The notes beneath the pieces are model-generated. The model was not told the DNA's origin. It did not search any database and saw only the letters and a program-made list of their open reading frames with translations. From an uncultured delta proteobacterium (GTDB lineage: Bacteria; Myxococcota_A; Polyangia; Polyangiales; Polyangiaceae), in NCBI GenBank assembly GCA_963806225.1, contig CAWDXG010000004.1:2432001-2496000 (forward strand): 64,000 bases of DNA. The letters are read 5' to 3'. Shown one piece after another: positions 38,963-48,318 of this stretch (position 1 is its first letter; each line of letters opens with the position of its first letter). A program made the translations under genes and the position numbers.

Positions 38963-40335
38963 TGTCCTCCTGCTGGCGCGGCCGCGACCGCCGCCTGCAC
39001 GAACGTAGGCAGCACCGCGGGCCGCCCGGCTTCAACATCGTCGAGACCGAACAGCGCGGCGCCCAGCGCACCCATGTAGATGGAGTCGGGGTGCGCGTTG
39101 AGCGTAATCTGCTCGCCGTAGTTCTCGTCGACGAGCTCGCGCAACACTTTCGTCGCCATCGCGTTCTTGCACACACCGCCGGTGAACGTGAACTCGTCGT
39201 CGATGCCGCCGGAGCGGGCCAGCAGCGACATCGCGCGCAACATGATCGAACGGTGCAGCCCGGCCAGGATGTCCTCGCGGCGCTCGCCCAGGCCCAGCCT
39301 TTCGCGGAGCTCCGCGCCGGCGAAGACCGTGCACGTGGAGTTTACCTTGACGACACGCTCCGCGGAGAGCGCTAGCGGGCCGAGCTCGTGCAGCCCCAGG
39401 TTCAGCTCGTCGGCGATGTAGCCCAGGTAGCGCCCGCAACCGGCGGCGCAGCGGTCGTTCATCTGGAAGGACGTGACCACGCCCTGGTCGTCGACCTGGA
39501 TCGCCTTGGTGTCCTGACCGCCGATGTCGAGCACGGTGCGGGTGCCGGGGAAGACGCGGTGCGCACCGCGGCCGTGGCAGAGGATCTCGCTGCGAACAGC
39601 CTGCTTCGGAAACGGCAGCGTCTGCCGCCCGTAGCCGGTGCCCACGAACGAGATCTCGTCGATCGGCTGCTCGATCACCGATTCGACGGCGCCAAGCAGA
39701 AGTGACGCATCCGGCGTCTCGTCCGCGATGAGCCGGTGGGCGGCGCGCTTGAGCAGCGCGCTGAAGTCGCGGGGCTTGAGCTGCGTCTCCACGTCGAGGA
39801 TCGCGCGGTCGAACAGGCCGACAACCCGTTCGAAGGAGATTTCGCGGTCGGCGCTGACTTTCTCGGCGCCGGCCATGAAGCCCGCGCCGGCCAGATCGCG
39901 GAAGAAGTCGCTCTTGCGCGCTCCGGCTCCGACGAACAGCTTGGGTGCATCGCTATTCATGCCGCCGAGCACTTCTTCGACCGCGGGCTGGAGCTTGCTG
40001 CGGTCACCGACGTAGGTGAGGCTCCTCAGCACGCGCGCGATCTCGTCTTCGAGCTCGGCCAACTGATCGAGGTAGAGCTCGAGACGGAAGGCCTCGCTGA
40101 GGTCGTCCTTGGCGGCGACGACCTTGCCGCTGGCCAGCGCCGCGCGCTTCGCCAGCTCGCGCTCGAGCATGGTGAACCGCGCGGCTGTAAGCGCTTCTTC
40201 GCGGGCCACGGCGCAGGCCACATCGTAGTTGCTGCGACTGTTGGTGATGCCGCGACCGAGCACGCGCCCCTGCTCGTCGAGCAGGACGGCCTTGGTCGTG
40301 GTCGAACCGAGATCGATACCGACAACACACCTCAT
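38959..40335 (-). CDS. bcrA: Benzoyl-CoA reductase subunit A
   Basis: GIDLGSTTTKAV, GRGITNSRSNY, RKSDFFRD, SEILCHG, MNDRCAAGCGRYL, NSTCTVFAG. Confidence 0.93.
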   Translation of the reverse strand: MRCVVGIDLGSTTTKAVLLDEQGRVLGRGITNSRSNYDVACAVAREEALTAARFTMLERELAKRAALASGKVVAAKDDLSEAFRLELYLDQLAELEDEIARVLRSLTYVGDRSKLQPAVEEVLGGMNSDAPKLFVGAGARKSDFFRDLAGAGFMAGAEKVSADREISFERVVGLFDRAILDVETQLKPRDFSALLKRAAHRLIADETPDASLLLGAVESVIEQPIDEISFVGTGYGRQTLPFPKQAVRSEILCHGRGAHRVFPGTRTVLDIGGQDTKAIQVDDQGVVTSFQMNDRCAAGCGRYLGYIADELNLGLHELGPLALSAERVVKVNSTCTVFAGAELRERLGLGERREDILAGLHRSIMLRAMSLLARSGGIDDEFTFTGGVCKNAMATKVLRELVDENYGEQITLNAHPDSIYMGALGAALFGLDDVEAGRPAVLPTFVQAAVAAAPAGGQ

Positions 40336-41624
40336 GACGCGACCTTCCGTTTGCGGGCGTCGAGCATCTGCATGTAGCTCTGCAGCCGGTTTTCGATGTT
40401 GGCTTTGCCGAAGTAGCGCGGGTCGACCAGGTCGGATTCGATGAAGCCGCCCGGCACACCGGTGCGTTTCTCGAGCTCCCGCAGCACGAGGAGCTGCCCG
40501 GCCGAAAAGGAGTTGCACGACTTGACGCTGTTGATGAGGAAGCCGTCCGCCTGGTAGTCCTTGATGTAGCGCTCCAGAAGCGCGGTGCGGGACGGCAGGC
40601 CCAGGTTCGTGTAGCAACCGAGGCAGTAGTCCGCGAGGCTCTCCAGCGGGTGCTCCGGATTGTGGCGGAAGCCCGTGTCGTACAGGCCGCCGACGCGAGT
40701 GTAGGTGCTCGAAACGACGGTGGCGCCCTCGCGGCTGAACATGCGCCAGAAGTCGTGGAAGTTGGTCCAGTTCGGCGGCCCCTCGACGACAAGACGGAAC
40801 TTCTCTTCCGTCGCAAGGCCATCGGGCGTCATGGGGCCGAGCTTCTGCCGGACGCGCTCGTCCACCTCCGCGCGAAGCTCGCTGTAGTACGCGACCGCGT
40901 CCTCGGTGCCGCGGAAGGCGCTGAAAATCGGACCAATGTAGTAGACGCCGCCAAAGTAGCCGTCGATCGGCGACGGTCGATTCCGGGCGGATTCCCACAC
41001 CGCAACCAGGTCGTCCTCCGCCTGGTGCGAGAGGTCCAACCGGCGCGCGAGCTCCTTCATGTCGAGCTTCTTTCCGGCCACGCGCTCCAGGGCTGGTATC
41101 ACCTCGCGCTCGAGCTGGTCGACGACGTACTTTCGCATCTCGTCGGTGATGCGCCCGTCCGGCTGATAGGGAACGTGCAGCATCACGACCGGGCAGTTGT
41201 ATTCCTCACGCAGCAGCTCGAACCACTTCATGAAGGTAAAGCAGCCCGTGTACGAAAGCAGCAGCAGGTCCGGCTCGGGCAGCTTGGTCCCCGTGGGGCC
41301 GATGTTGCCGCTCTTCATCATGCCGATGTCGCACTTGACGTACGTGCACACGTCCTCGGAGTGACCGGCCTTCTCGGCTTCAGCGATGTACGCTCCGCTG
41401 AGCTTGCGCATGCCGGACTGCAGCGCGTTGATCTCGGGCAGCACCGGCAGGAGATCCAGCGAGCGGATGAGCTCCGTGAGGTTGCCCGGCACGAAGGTGT
41501 AGACGACCTTCTTGCCTTCCTCCTTCGCACGCGACAAGCGCTCGAAGTGGTCGGCGATCATGCGCTTCTGCCGCAGCTGGCTGTCGTCCTTGGCTGCGGG
41601 TTCCGTGTTCTTCTCGGTGCTCAT
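40332..41624 (-). CDS. bcrB: Benzoyl-CoA reductase subunit B
   Basis: TFVPGNL, PEINALQ, EDVCTYVKCD, SYTGCFTFMKWFE, SVKSCNSFSAGQ, ESDLVDPRYF. Confidence 0.93.
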   Translation of the reverse strand: MSTEKNTEPAAKDDSQLRQKRMIADHFERLSRAKEEGKKVVYTFVPGNLTELIRSLDLLPVLPEINALQSGMRKLSGAYIAEAEKAGHSEDVCTYVKCDIGMMKSGNIGPTGTKLPEPDLLLLSYTGCFTFMKWFELLREEYNCPVVMLHVPYQPDGRITDEMRKYVVDQLEREVIPALERVAGKKLDMKELARRLDLSHQAEDDLVAVWESARNRPSPIDGYFGGVYYIGPIFSAFRGTEDAVAYYSELRAEVDERVRQKLGPMTPDGLATEEKFRLVVEGPPNWTNFHDFWRMFSREGATVVSSTYTRVGGLYDTGFRHNPEHPLESLADYCLGCYTNLGLPSRTALLERYIKDYQADGFLINSVKSCNSFSAGQLLVLRELEKRTGVPGGFIESDLVDPRYFGKANIENRLQSYMQMLDARKRKVAS

Positions 41625-42826
41625 GCTGCACTCCCCCAGAGCTTGACGGCGTCGGAAAAGGCGCCGGCCTGCTCGCGGATGACCTGGAATTGACCTGTGT
41701 TCTCGGCAAACTTCAGGCTGGTGTGTGGGATTTTCTCACGGTCGAGCGCCGCTTCGAGCATGGGTTGGTCGAGCAGCGCGGGGTCGCAGAAGGACGCGGC
41801 GGCGAAGATCACGCCTTCGGCATTGGCGTTGCGCACCTGCTTGATGAGCGACGCGCCCTTGACCAACTCGCCGATGTAGCGCGAAGCCGTCGGGGCGCCG
41901 TTCAGCACGTAGGCCAGAGCCAGGGCTTCGAGCGGGTCCTGTCCCTCTTCCAGCCGGATCGGTCCTTCGATGCTGCGCAAGCCCAGCTGGAAGTCGTCGT
42001 CGACGATGTCGCATCCGGCTGCCTCCAGCGTCTTGATCAGGCCGAAGGGCGGTTGCTCGCAGAACGAGCCACGAATGACCACGCGCACGTTGTCGTAGGC
42101 GCGCGCTTCACGTTCCCTGGCCGCATCGAGGAATTCGCGGAGGAACTTCGTGTGGGCGTCGGCTTCGAGCACCCCGCCGGCGCGGGCTACCAGATACGCC
42201 TCCGACGCGCGCACTCGCCACGGTTCGCGGCGGCGGAGCTCGTCCAGCTCCTCGAGCACTTCTCGTCGCGTGTTCTCGCGCGCGATGGCGTCCCGCAAGG
42301 CATCGTCGTCCAGCGGGAGCGCGCCGCGCTCGCGGAGGCCCGCGGCGATGCGCCTGAGCTCACCGGCGTAGAAGCGTCCGCCGAGCTCCGGATCGAAGTT
42401 CTGCGGCAGATCGAGGTAGGCCCCGTAGCGGTCGGGGAACAGCATTGCCCACATGCCGCCGAGATTGCGGATCACGTCGCAGATGGACGGAAACAGCATG
42501 CCGTCGAACAGATCGAGCCGCCCGGAGACGGCAAGCTCCACCGTGCTGCGTGGAATGTGGCAGATGTACGACTGGAAGTACGAGTCGCCGCGGATGATGT
42601 CGAGCTGGTCGCCGCCACCGAAGACCGCCACGGGCAGGCAACCGATCGCTTCAAGAAGCGGGCGCGGCGCATAGATCGGCATATACCCGACCGCGAGCCG
42701 ACCGGGATGCTCGGCCTTCCAATCCCGCACGGCGCCGAAGGACAGGTCGTCCGACAAGCGTCGCGCCCGCGTGAGTAGCTCGGCGGCAGGATCGCCGGCC
42801 GCCCCCGTCGATGGCTGGTCGTTCAT
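41621..42826 (-). CDS. bcrC: Benzoyl-CoA reductase subunit C
   Basis: GDSYFQSYICHIPRST, FPSICDVIRNL, FCEQPP, SFCDPALL, AENTGQFQ. Confidence 0.93.
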   Translation of the reverse strand: MNDQPSTGAAGDPAAELLTRARRLSDDLSFGAVRDWKAEHPGRLAVGYMPIYAPRPLLEAIGCLPVAVFGGGDQLDIIRGDSYFQSYICHIPRSTVELAVSGRLDLFDGMLFPSICDVIRNLGGMWAMLFPDRYGAYLDLPQNFDPELGGRFYAGELRRIAAGLRERGALPLDDDALRDAIARENTRREVLEELDELRRREPWRVRASEAYLVARAGGVLEADAHTKFLREFLDAAREREARAYDNVRVVIRGSFCEQPPFGLIKTLEAAGCDIVDDDFQLGLRSIEGPIRLEEGQDPLEALALAYVLNGAPTASRYIGELVKGASLIKQVRNANAEGVIFAAASFCDPALLDQPMLEAALDREKIPHTSLKFAENTGQFQVIREQAGAFSDAVKLWGSAA

Positions 42827-43503
42827 CCCCTCACTCCTTCCTGTGCCCGCACATGGGCCGTAAAATGGGCATCCATCTTCCGCTGCATGGCGGAGAACGG
42901 CGAGTGTTCCGCCAGACCACCAAGGATGATCCGGTGGATGCTTCGCGCGAGTACCTCGGTGGACCCGTGCCGCTCCGGCTCGTACCAGCCGTACATCCAG
43001 TTCAGCATTCCGAACACGCAGTAGGTCGTGCGCTCGACCTCGGCCGCGTCGGGGCGGCCGCGGCTGCGGCTCTGCTGCATGATGTCCTGGATAATGCTGT
43101 GGAGCAGCACGTAGTAGGCTTCCTTGCGCCGGCGCACTTCACTGCGATGGCGTGGAGGAAGCGCGGAGGCTTCGTGGATCAGCACGCGCATCTCGGCAGG
43201 ATTGTCGCTGAAGTGCCGGATGTGGCTCAGGATGAACAGGTAGAGCCGCGCGATGGGGTTCTCCACGCCTTCCAGCACGCTCTCGGCGCTTTCGAGCAGG
43301 GTGGCAAAGGCGTCGCGCTGCACCGAGAATAGCAGCTCCTCTTTCGATTCGAAGTAGTTGTAGAAGCTCGCCGGCGAGCGACCGGTGGCGCGCGCGAGCT
43401 CGCGCATGCTCATGCCGTGGTAGCCGTGCTTGGCGATGGCCTGCGCGGCAGCCGCGAGGATCTCGGCTCGCTTGGTCTCGGGGGAGGTCAGGACAGCGCT
43501 CAC
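42823..43503 (-). CDS. TetR/AcrR-family transcriptional regulator
   Basis: ILAAAAQAIAKHGYHGMSMRELA...FYNYFESKEELL; GMLNWMYGWY C-terminal motif; GTGA-coupled to dch. Confidence 0.92.
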   Translation of the reverse strand: MSAVLTSPETKRAEILAAAAQAIAKHGYHGMSMRELARATGRSPASFYNYFESKEELLFSVQRDAFATLLESAESVLEGVENPIARLYLFILSHIRHFSDNPAEMRVLIHEASALPPRHRSEVRRRKEAYYVLLHSIIQDIMQQSRSRGRPDAAEVERTTYCVFGMLNWMYGWYEPERHGSTEVLARSIHRIILGGLAEHSPFSAMQRKMDAHFTAHVRAQEGVRG

Positions 43504-44282
43504 GCATCCCTCCACACCGGTGAGCGCTTGGCGAGGAAGGCTTCAATGCCCTCGTTCGCGTCGTGGCTGGGCAGAAGCTCGGCGATGTACTGCTCTTCCG
43601 CTGCAGTCAGGGCGACCTCGAGCAGGCTCGGCATACCCGCGCCCTGGCGCGCCGCCTTGACCGCCTGCCGCAGCGTGAATGCCGACAGCGCCGACAGCTC
43701 GTTCACGTAGAAGCGCTCGGCGAGCTCGTCCAGATCCTCGTCGGGCTTCGCCAGCTCGGTCACGAAACAGGCCGCCTTGGCGGTTTCGGCGTCGAGCGAC
43801 TCGCCGGTAAGCAGCAGCCGCTCGGTACGCGCCGCTCCGAGTCGCATCGGCCCCAGCGCGGCGAGTGCCGGCGGGAACACGCCGAGCTTGATCTCGGGAC
43901 AGGCGAAACTGGCGTCCGGCGTGGCCAGCACGAAATGGCAGCACAAGGCCAGCTCGAATGCGCCGCCGAGGCAGCGCCCCTGGACGAGCGCCGCCACCGG
44001 CACCGGGTAGCTCGCCATCCGCACGATCAGACGGCGGAAGCGCGCCAGCATTTCCGGCGCCTTCTCTTTCTGGTGCTCCTCGACGGACGCGCCGAACGAG
44101 AAGTGCTTGCCGGCGCCGCGCAGGGTGACCAGGCGCAGATGCGGGTCGTCGATGTGCTCGGCGAGCGCCGCGCCTAGCTCGTCCATCACCGCCATGGTGA
44201 GAACGTTTCCCTTGGGATTGTCGATGGTCAGACCCAGCACGCGACCGTCTTCGCGGAGCTGGACGTGAACTAGCTCGGCCAT
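43500..44282 (-). CDS. dch: Cyclohexa-1,5-diene-1-carbonyl-CoA hydratase (crotonase family)
   Basis: PKGNVL, HFSFGASVEEH, CLGGAFEL, PEIKLGVFPP, DANEGIEAFL; located in the bcr operon. Confidence 0.85.
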   Translation of the reverse strand: MAELVHVQLREDGRVLGLTIDNPKGNVLTMAVMDELGAALAEHIDDPHLRLVTLRGAGKHFSFGASVEEHQKEKAPEMLARFRRLIVRMASYPVPVAALVQGRCLGGAFELALCCHFVLATPDASFACPEIKLGVFPPALAALGPMRLGAARTERLLLTGESLDAETAKAACFVTELAKPDEDLDELAERFYVNELSALSAFTLRQAVKAARQGAGMPSLLEVALTAAEEQYIAELLPSHDANEGIEAFLAKRSPVWRDA

Positions 44283-44291
44283 GGCATCACC

Positions 44292-45356
44292 CTATGCGCG
44301 CGGATCCAGCACCATGCGCCGCGCCAGGCGGTGCGCGGCGAGGTCCCCGAGCAGATCGTTGAGACGTGACATCGGCGCCCGCTCGACGAACGGCTCGATG
44401 TCCACCTTGTGGTTGTAGATGAGCTTCAGCACGTCGGGATAGGCCTCCACCGGACAACCCCAGGTGCCGTGCACGGTCGCGTCGAACGCCATCAGATTGG
44501 ACAGGCGGACCTTCACCTGATCGCGGGTGAAGCCGACAATCATCAGCGTCGCGGCGTGCGACAGGAGCGTGTACGCAAGCGTCTGGCCCCCCGCGGTGCC
44601 GCTGCACTCGAAGATGCGATAGCCCATCGAAGGCACGCCCCATTCCTTCGCGTAGCCCCAGAGCTCCTTGCGCACGTCGCGGGGCTCACGCCCGCTCACG
44701 TCGACCGCGCGATCGACGCCGAGCTTGTCGGCCGCTTCGATGCGTCCCTTGTGCACGTCGCACACGACGACGTGCGCGCCGAGCGCGCGCGCGATCTGCG
44801 CGACGAAGCCACCCACACCGCCCGCGCCGATCACGAACGCCGCGTCGCCCTTTTCGAGCCCGCTGCGCCGCACGGCCTGGTACGCCGTGGAAACGGCATC
44901 GGCCACAACGCCCAGCGCGTCGAGCTTCATCTCAGCCGGCGCGTCGGCAAGCGAAACGAGCGGAGCGCCCGGCACGAGCATGTGCGTCGCGAAGCCGCCG
45001 TTGATGTCGTTGCCCGGCATCTTCTGCCGCTGGCAGGCGTTGCCCCGCCCTGCGCGGCACAGCGGACAGTCGCCGCACGGCAGCACCGCGGGCACCATGA
45101 CGGCCTGCCCGACGAGCGCCTTGTAGCGGCTGCCCGCGGCGACGACCTTGCCGGTAACCTCGTGCCCGAGCACAAGCGGCAGCGGATGGCGGGGTGCGAC
45201 CGACCCGTCGGCAAAGCCCAGATCCGTGTGACACAGGCCACAAGCGGTCACCTCCACCACGGCTTCGTCTTCGGCGGGGTCCCCCAGCTCCAGAACGGAG
45301 CGCCTGAGCGGCTTGCCGGCTTCGTCGAGGAAATAGGCCTGGGCTTCAATCGTCAT
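44292..45356 (-). CDS. had: 6-hydroxycyclohex-1-ene-1-carbonyl-CoA dehydrogenase (Zn-ADH family)
   Basis: GLCHTD, GHE, CGDCPLC, QKMPGNDINGGFATH, VVADAV, IFECSG, LSNLMAFD...GTWGC. Confidence 0.9.
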   Translation of the reverse strand: MTIEAQAYFLDEAGKPLRRSVLELGDPAEDEAVVEVTACGLCHTDLGFADGSVAPRHPLPLVLGHEVTGKVVAAGSRYKALVGQAVMVPAVLPCGDCPLCRAGRGNACQRQKMPGNDINGGFATHMLVPGAPLVSLADAPAEMKLDALGVVADAVSTAYQAVRRSGLEKGDAAFVIGAGGVGGFVAQIARALGAHVVVCDVHKGRIEAADKLGVDRAVDVSGREPRDVRKELWGYAKEWGVPSMGYRIFECSGTAGGQTLAYTLLSHAATLMIVGFTRDQVKVRLSNLMAFDATVHGTWGCPVEAYPDVLKLIYNHKVDIEPFVERAPMSRLNDLLGDLAAHRLARRMVLDPRA

Positions 45357-45373
45357 CGCTGCCTCCTGCGTAC

Positions 45374-45385
45374 GAACGATCGTTC
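45374..45385. promoter_or_regulatory. Perfect 12-bp palindrome, putative TetR operator of the had-dch-tetR-bcr operon
   Basis: GAACGATCGTTC, 6 nt upstream of the had RBS (AGGAGG on the minus strand, 45362-45367). Confidence 0.6.
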
Positions 45386-45407
45386 ACCCCGCAGGGAGCA
45401 GGCGCAA

Positions 45408-45421
45408 ATGACGCTTGTCAG
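45408..45421. promoter_or_regulatory. CRP/FNR-like box upstream of had
   Basis: ATGAC-GCTT-GTCAG, same arms as the box at 24098; overlaps the stop codon of the upstream SRPBCC gene. Confidence 0.5.
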
Positions 45422-45858
45422 CCGGCTGATTCCGACCGGCTTTTGACCGCGTCGTTCATCTGCGTGTAGCGCTTCCGGAGCAGCGGCTCGAGGCGCGACC
45501 AGACGACGGGGACCAGCAGACCCTTGAAACGCTCACCGTGGATGAAGCGGGTGTGCGTTTCGTCGATCTTCTCCAGCGAGAAGTAGTGCTCGCCGCCGAA
45601 AAGCCGGGCCTGGACGCCCGAGCGCGGGCCGCGCCAGCGGAGCTCCCGGTCCGGATCCGCACGGAGGATCCGGACCTTGATCGGTACGCGCCGCCCGCCC
45701 ACAGCGAGCTGTATGTCGACGGGGGCGCCGGCTTCCAGGCGGCCACGCACCCGCGGAATCACCGGATTCCAGTCGCCCCAGCTCTCGAAATCCGAAAGCA
45801 GCTCCCAGACGCGCTCGAGTGGCGCGTCGATGTCCGTCGTCGTCCGGATTTCTTTCAT
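45418..45858 (-). CDS. SRPBCC (START-like) domain protein
   Basis: IDAPLERVWELLSDFESWGDWNP, ELRWRG, GEHYF, MNDAVKSRSE. Confidence 0.85.
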   Translation of the reverse strand: MKEIRTTTDIDAPLERVWELLSDFESWGDWNPVIPRVRGRLEAGAPVDIQLAVGGRRVPIKVRILRADPDRELRWRGPRSGVQARLFGGEHYFSLEKIDETHTRFIHGERFKGLLVPVVWSRLEPLLRKRYTQMNDAVKSRSESAG

Positions 45859-46035
45859 GACTCGCTCCGTCGGCTCCCGGGCGACACGGTCACACCGGCA
45901 CAGACGCGGCGCAACTGCGATTCCAGGGGCTGCGCTGCGCCGGGCGAGAGCTGTTCGCAGGATAGCTGCGGCTGACCTTTGCTGCAGGGGCGCTCCGGTG
46001 GTGCAGCGATGCTGCTGGGAAGGCATACTGCCGCA

Positions 46036-46905
46036 ATGAGGGCGTCGCGAGCGGGATGGATTCTTGCGCTGTGCGTCAGCACGTCCGGTGCCTGCGGCAG
46101 CACAACCGCACGCGGCGGAGGAACGCCGGATGCCGGCCAACCGGACTCCGCCCAGGGCGCCGGAGGCAGCAGCGGCAGCAGCGGCAGCGCGGGGAGCGCA
46201 GGCAGCGGCGGCGCCAGCGGCAGCGCAGGGGCAGTCCAGGATGCGTCGATCATGAATGCAAGCGATGGGTCCACTGCCGAAACGGGCGCGGACGGCGGCG
46301 CTGTGTACGACTCGATCCATTGCCCTGCGGGCGGAGTGCTCTTCGAGAAGCTCGGGCTGGTGCACGCGCCGACCGTCGGAAACGAGTACCATAGGGAAAC
46401 CTTCAAGCCTCCAGCGGGCGTGTACGCGGACGTGCGGCTGCAGCTGGACGTGTTCGCCCCGGGATGGAACGACCCGACAACCAGCATGCGCTATCTGCTG
46501 TTCTGGTTCGCCCGCAACGGCAAGCACCTCGACCTGTTCGGCTATGCGGCGCTCGTCGCCAAGCACAGCGTCCTTCTGCGCCATGGCATCGGCATCACGG
46601 CCGGCAACAAGCCCAAGCTCACCACCTCCGCAACGCTGCCGATGCCCGAGACGTATCACGTGGCGTATCGCTACGACATGGCCGGCGGCGTCGCTCTCCT
46701 CGACCTGACGCGAGGACCGAACAGAACGCCGGTCGCGCAGCTGAAGGGCGTTCCCAACGTGTCCAACATCTCCATCGCTGCGAATGGGACGGTGGATGTC
46801 GACCTCGGCAACCAGGGTCCGAACGATCCATATCCGAACCCCCAGGAGCCGCCGCAGTACGGCTGGAAGTACGAGAACCTCCGCGTGTGCCTCATCCCCC
46901 AGTGA
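46036..46905 (+). CDS. Lipoprotein of unknown function with Gly/Ser linker
   Basis: SGAC lipobox-like motif, GSSGSAGSAG linker, beta-rich C-terminal domain. Confidence 0.7.
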   Translation: MRASRAGWILALCVSTSGACGSTTARGGGTPDAGQPDSAQGAGGSSGSSGSAGSAGSGGASGSAGAVQDASIMNASDGSTAETGADGGAVYDSIHCPAGGVLFEKLGLVHAPTVGNEYHRETFKPPAGVYADVRLQLDVFAPGWNDPTTSMRYLLFWFARNGKHLDLFGYAALVAKHSVLLRHGIGITAGNKPKLTTSATLPMPETYHVAYRYDMAGGVALLDLTRGPNRTPVAQLKGVPNVSNISIAANGTVDVDLGNQGPNDPYPNPQEPPQYGWKYENLRVCLIPQ

Positions 46906-46930
46906 GCAGCCGAGCGCGGCCCCGCGGAGC

Positions 46931-47683
46931 TCAGGCCCTTCGCGCGCCGGCCTCGAAGCGCGCCTGGAATACCGTCTCGCCGTCACGGACACGCCGGAGT
47001 TCGAAGCCGATCGCGAGCGGCTCGGCGCGGAGCTGCCAGGTGAGCATGCGCAGGCGCTCGCCTGACTGGTTCTCCCGGCGGTATCCGACCCACAGCCTGC
47101 CCGGCACGGCGCGCGCCTCCGGATAGACCCCCGCCGCGGCGGCGAGCTGTCGCGCGTCCTCGACGAAGTCGACGTAGCGGGCCTGGTTGGCGTGCTGCAG
47201 GATGTCTTGATCGCTCGGTCGGACGCTCAACTCGTACGACCAGGCGCCGGCAGGCGCGGCGCTGGAGAGCGGCTCCACCGCGGGTAGGTCGTCTTCCAGG
47301 ACGAGGTCACGCACCGCGTCGGCCACGGGCGTCGGCGCGCCGGCGTCGTCCAGACAGACCACTGTGCAGGTGGACAGCGCCACGACGCCGCCGCCGACGC
47401 GCTCGATCCGATGCGAGAAGTCGAAGCTGGTGAGCCCCACCCGGCTCACCCATGTGCCGATATCCAGCTCCGCGGGGTAGCTGATGGTCTCGTAGCACTC
47501 GAGCTTCTGCGCGCGCACCACGCCGCGCCGGAAGTGTCCCTCGAGGCGCGACCCGGGCGCTGCCAGCGCCTGCCAGCGCGCGTGCTCGGCATAGCGCAAG
47601 AGCGCAGCCGGCGGCACGCTGCCGCTCGCGTTCATCTCGTAGCCCCGGACCTGGATCGCCTGGTTCGTACGGAAGGGCTGCAT
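46931..47683 (-). CDS. Double hotdog-fold acyl-CoA/acyl-ACP thioesterase
   Basis: VRGYEMNASG..LRYAEHAR; VRPSDQDILQHANQARYVDFVEDAR. Confidence 0.8.
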   Translation of the reverse strand: MQPFRTNQAIQVRGYEMNASGSVPPAALLRYAEHARWQALAAPGSRLEGHFRRGVVRAQKLECYETISYPAELDIGTWVSRVGLTSFDFSHRIERVGGGVVALSTCTVVCLDDAGAPTPVADAVRDLVLEDDLPAVEPLSSAAPAGAWSYELSVRPSDQDILQHANQARYVDFVEDARQLAAAAGVYPEARAVPGRLWVGYRRENQSGERLRMLTWQLRAEPLAIGFELRRVRDGETVFQARFEAGARRA

Positions 47684-47727
47684 CGCCCGCGTTGTCTAGC
47701 ACACAACCGGCGCCTCGCGACGCACGC

Positions 47728-48255
47728 CTACGGGTACTGGAACGTCACCGTCACGCCGCCACCTGATTCGGTGCACTGCTGCGCGCTGACAGCAGCCTTG
47801 ATGCACGCACAACTGTGATCCTGGGCGCAGGACGCCGGAATCAACTCGCACGTATACGAGGGCGGGTTGCAGCACGGACCGCCTTCCGCGACCTTGCAGT
47901 ATTGGGTCGCGGAGTCGCACGAGAGGTTGGAGTCGCACGGAAAGACCTTCCCGCTGCCGCCGGAACCGCCAGCACCGCTACCCGCGGTACCGCCCGAGCC
48001 GCCCGTCGCGCCGGAACCGCCCGTTGCGCCGGAACCGCCAGCACCGCTACCCGCGGTACCGCCCGAGCCGCCCGTCGCGCCAGAACCGCCCGTCGCGCCG
48101 GAACCGCCCGTCGCGCCGGAACCGCCCGCCGCGCCGGAACCGCCTGAAGCGCCACCGCGGCCCGACGAGCTCGAGGTCGAACCGCCGCAACCCGCGCCGG
48201 CGATCGCCGCGGCGCCCAGAATTCCCGGAACAAGCATCCAGCGAAGAAAATCCAT
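47728..48255 (-). CDS. Small Gly-rich lipoprotein with Cys-rich C-terminal domain
   Basis: AGC lipobox, GGSGAT repeats, ten Cys in the last ~75 aa. Confidence 0.7.
   Translation of the reverse strand: MDFLRWMLVPGILGAAAIAGAGCGGSTSSSSGRGGASGGSGAAGGSGATGGSGATGGSGATGGSGGTAGSGAGGSGATGGSGATGGSGGTAGSGAGGSGGSGKVFPCDSNLSCDSATQYCKVAEGGPCCNPPSYTCELIPASCAQDHSCACIKAAVSAQQCTESGGGVTVTFQYP
47960..48145. repeat. Coding tandem repeats (18-bp units plus a 69-bp-period duplication)
   Basis: cggaaccgccagcaccgctacccgcggtaccgcccgagccgcccgtcgcgcc at 47961 and again at 48030. Confidence 0.8.
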
Positions 48256-48318
48256 CGATACCTTCCGTCCCCTATCGAAGCACGCGCTGGGCAAAGCTGC
48301 CAATACGGAGCCGTGACC

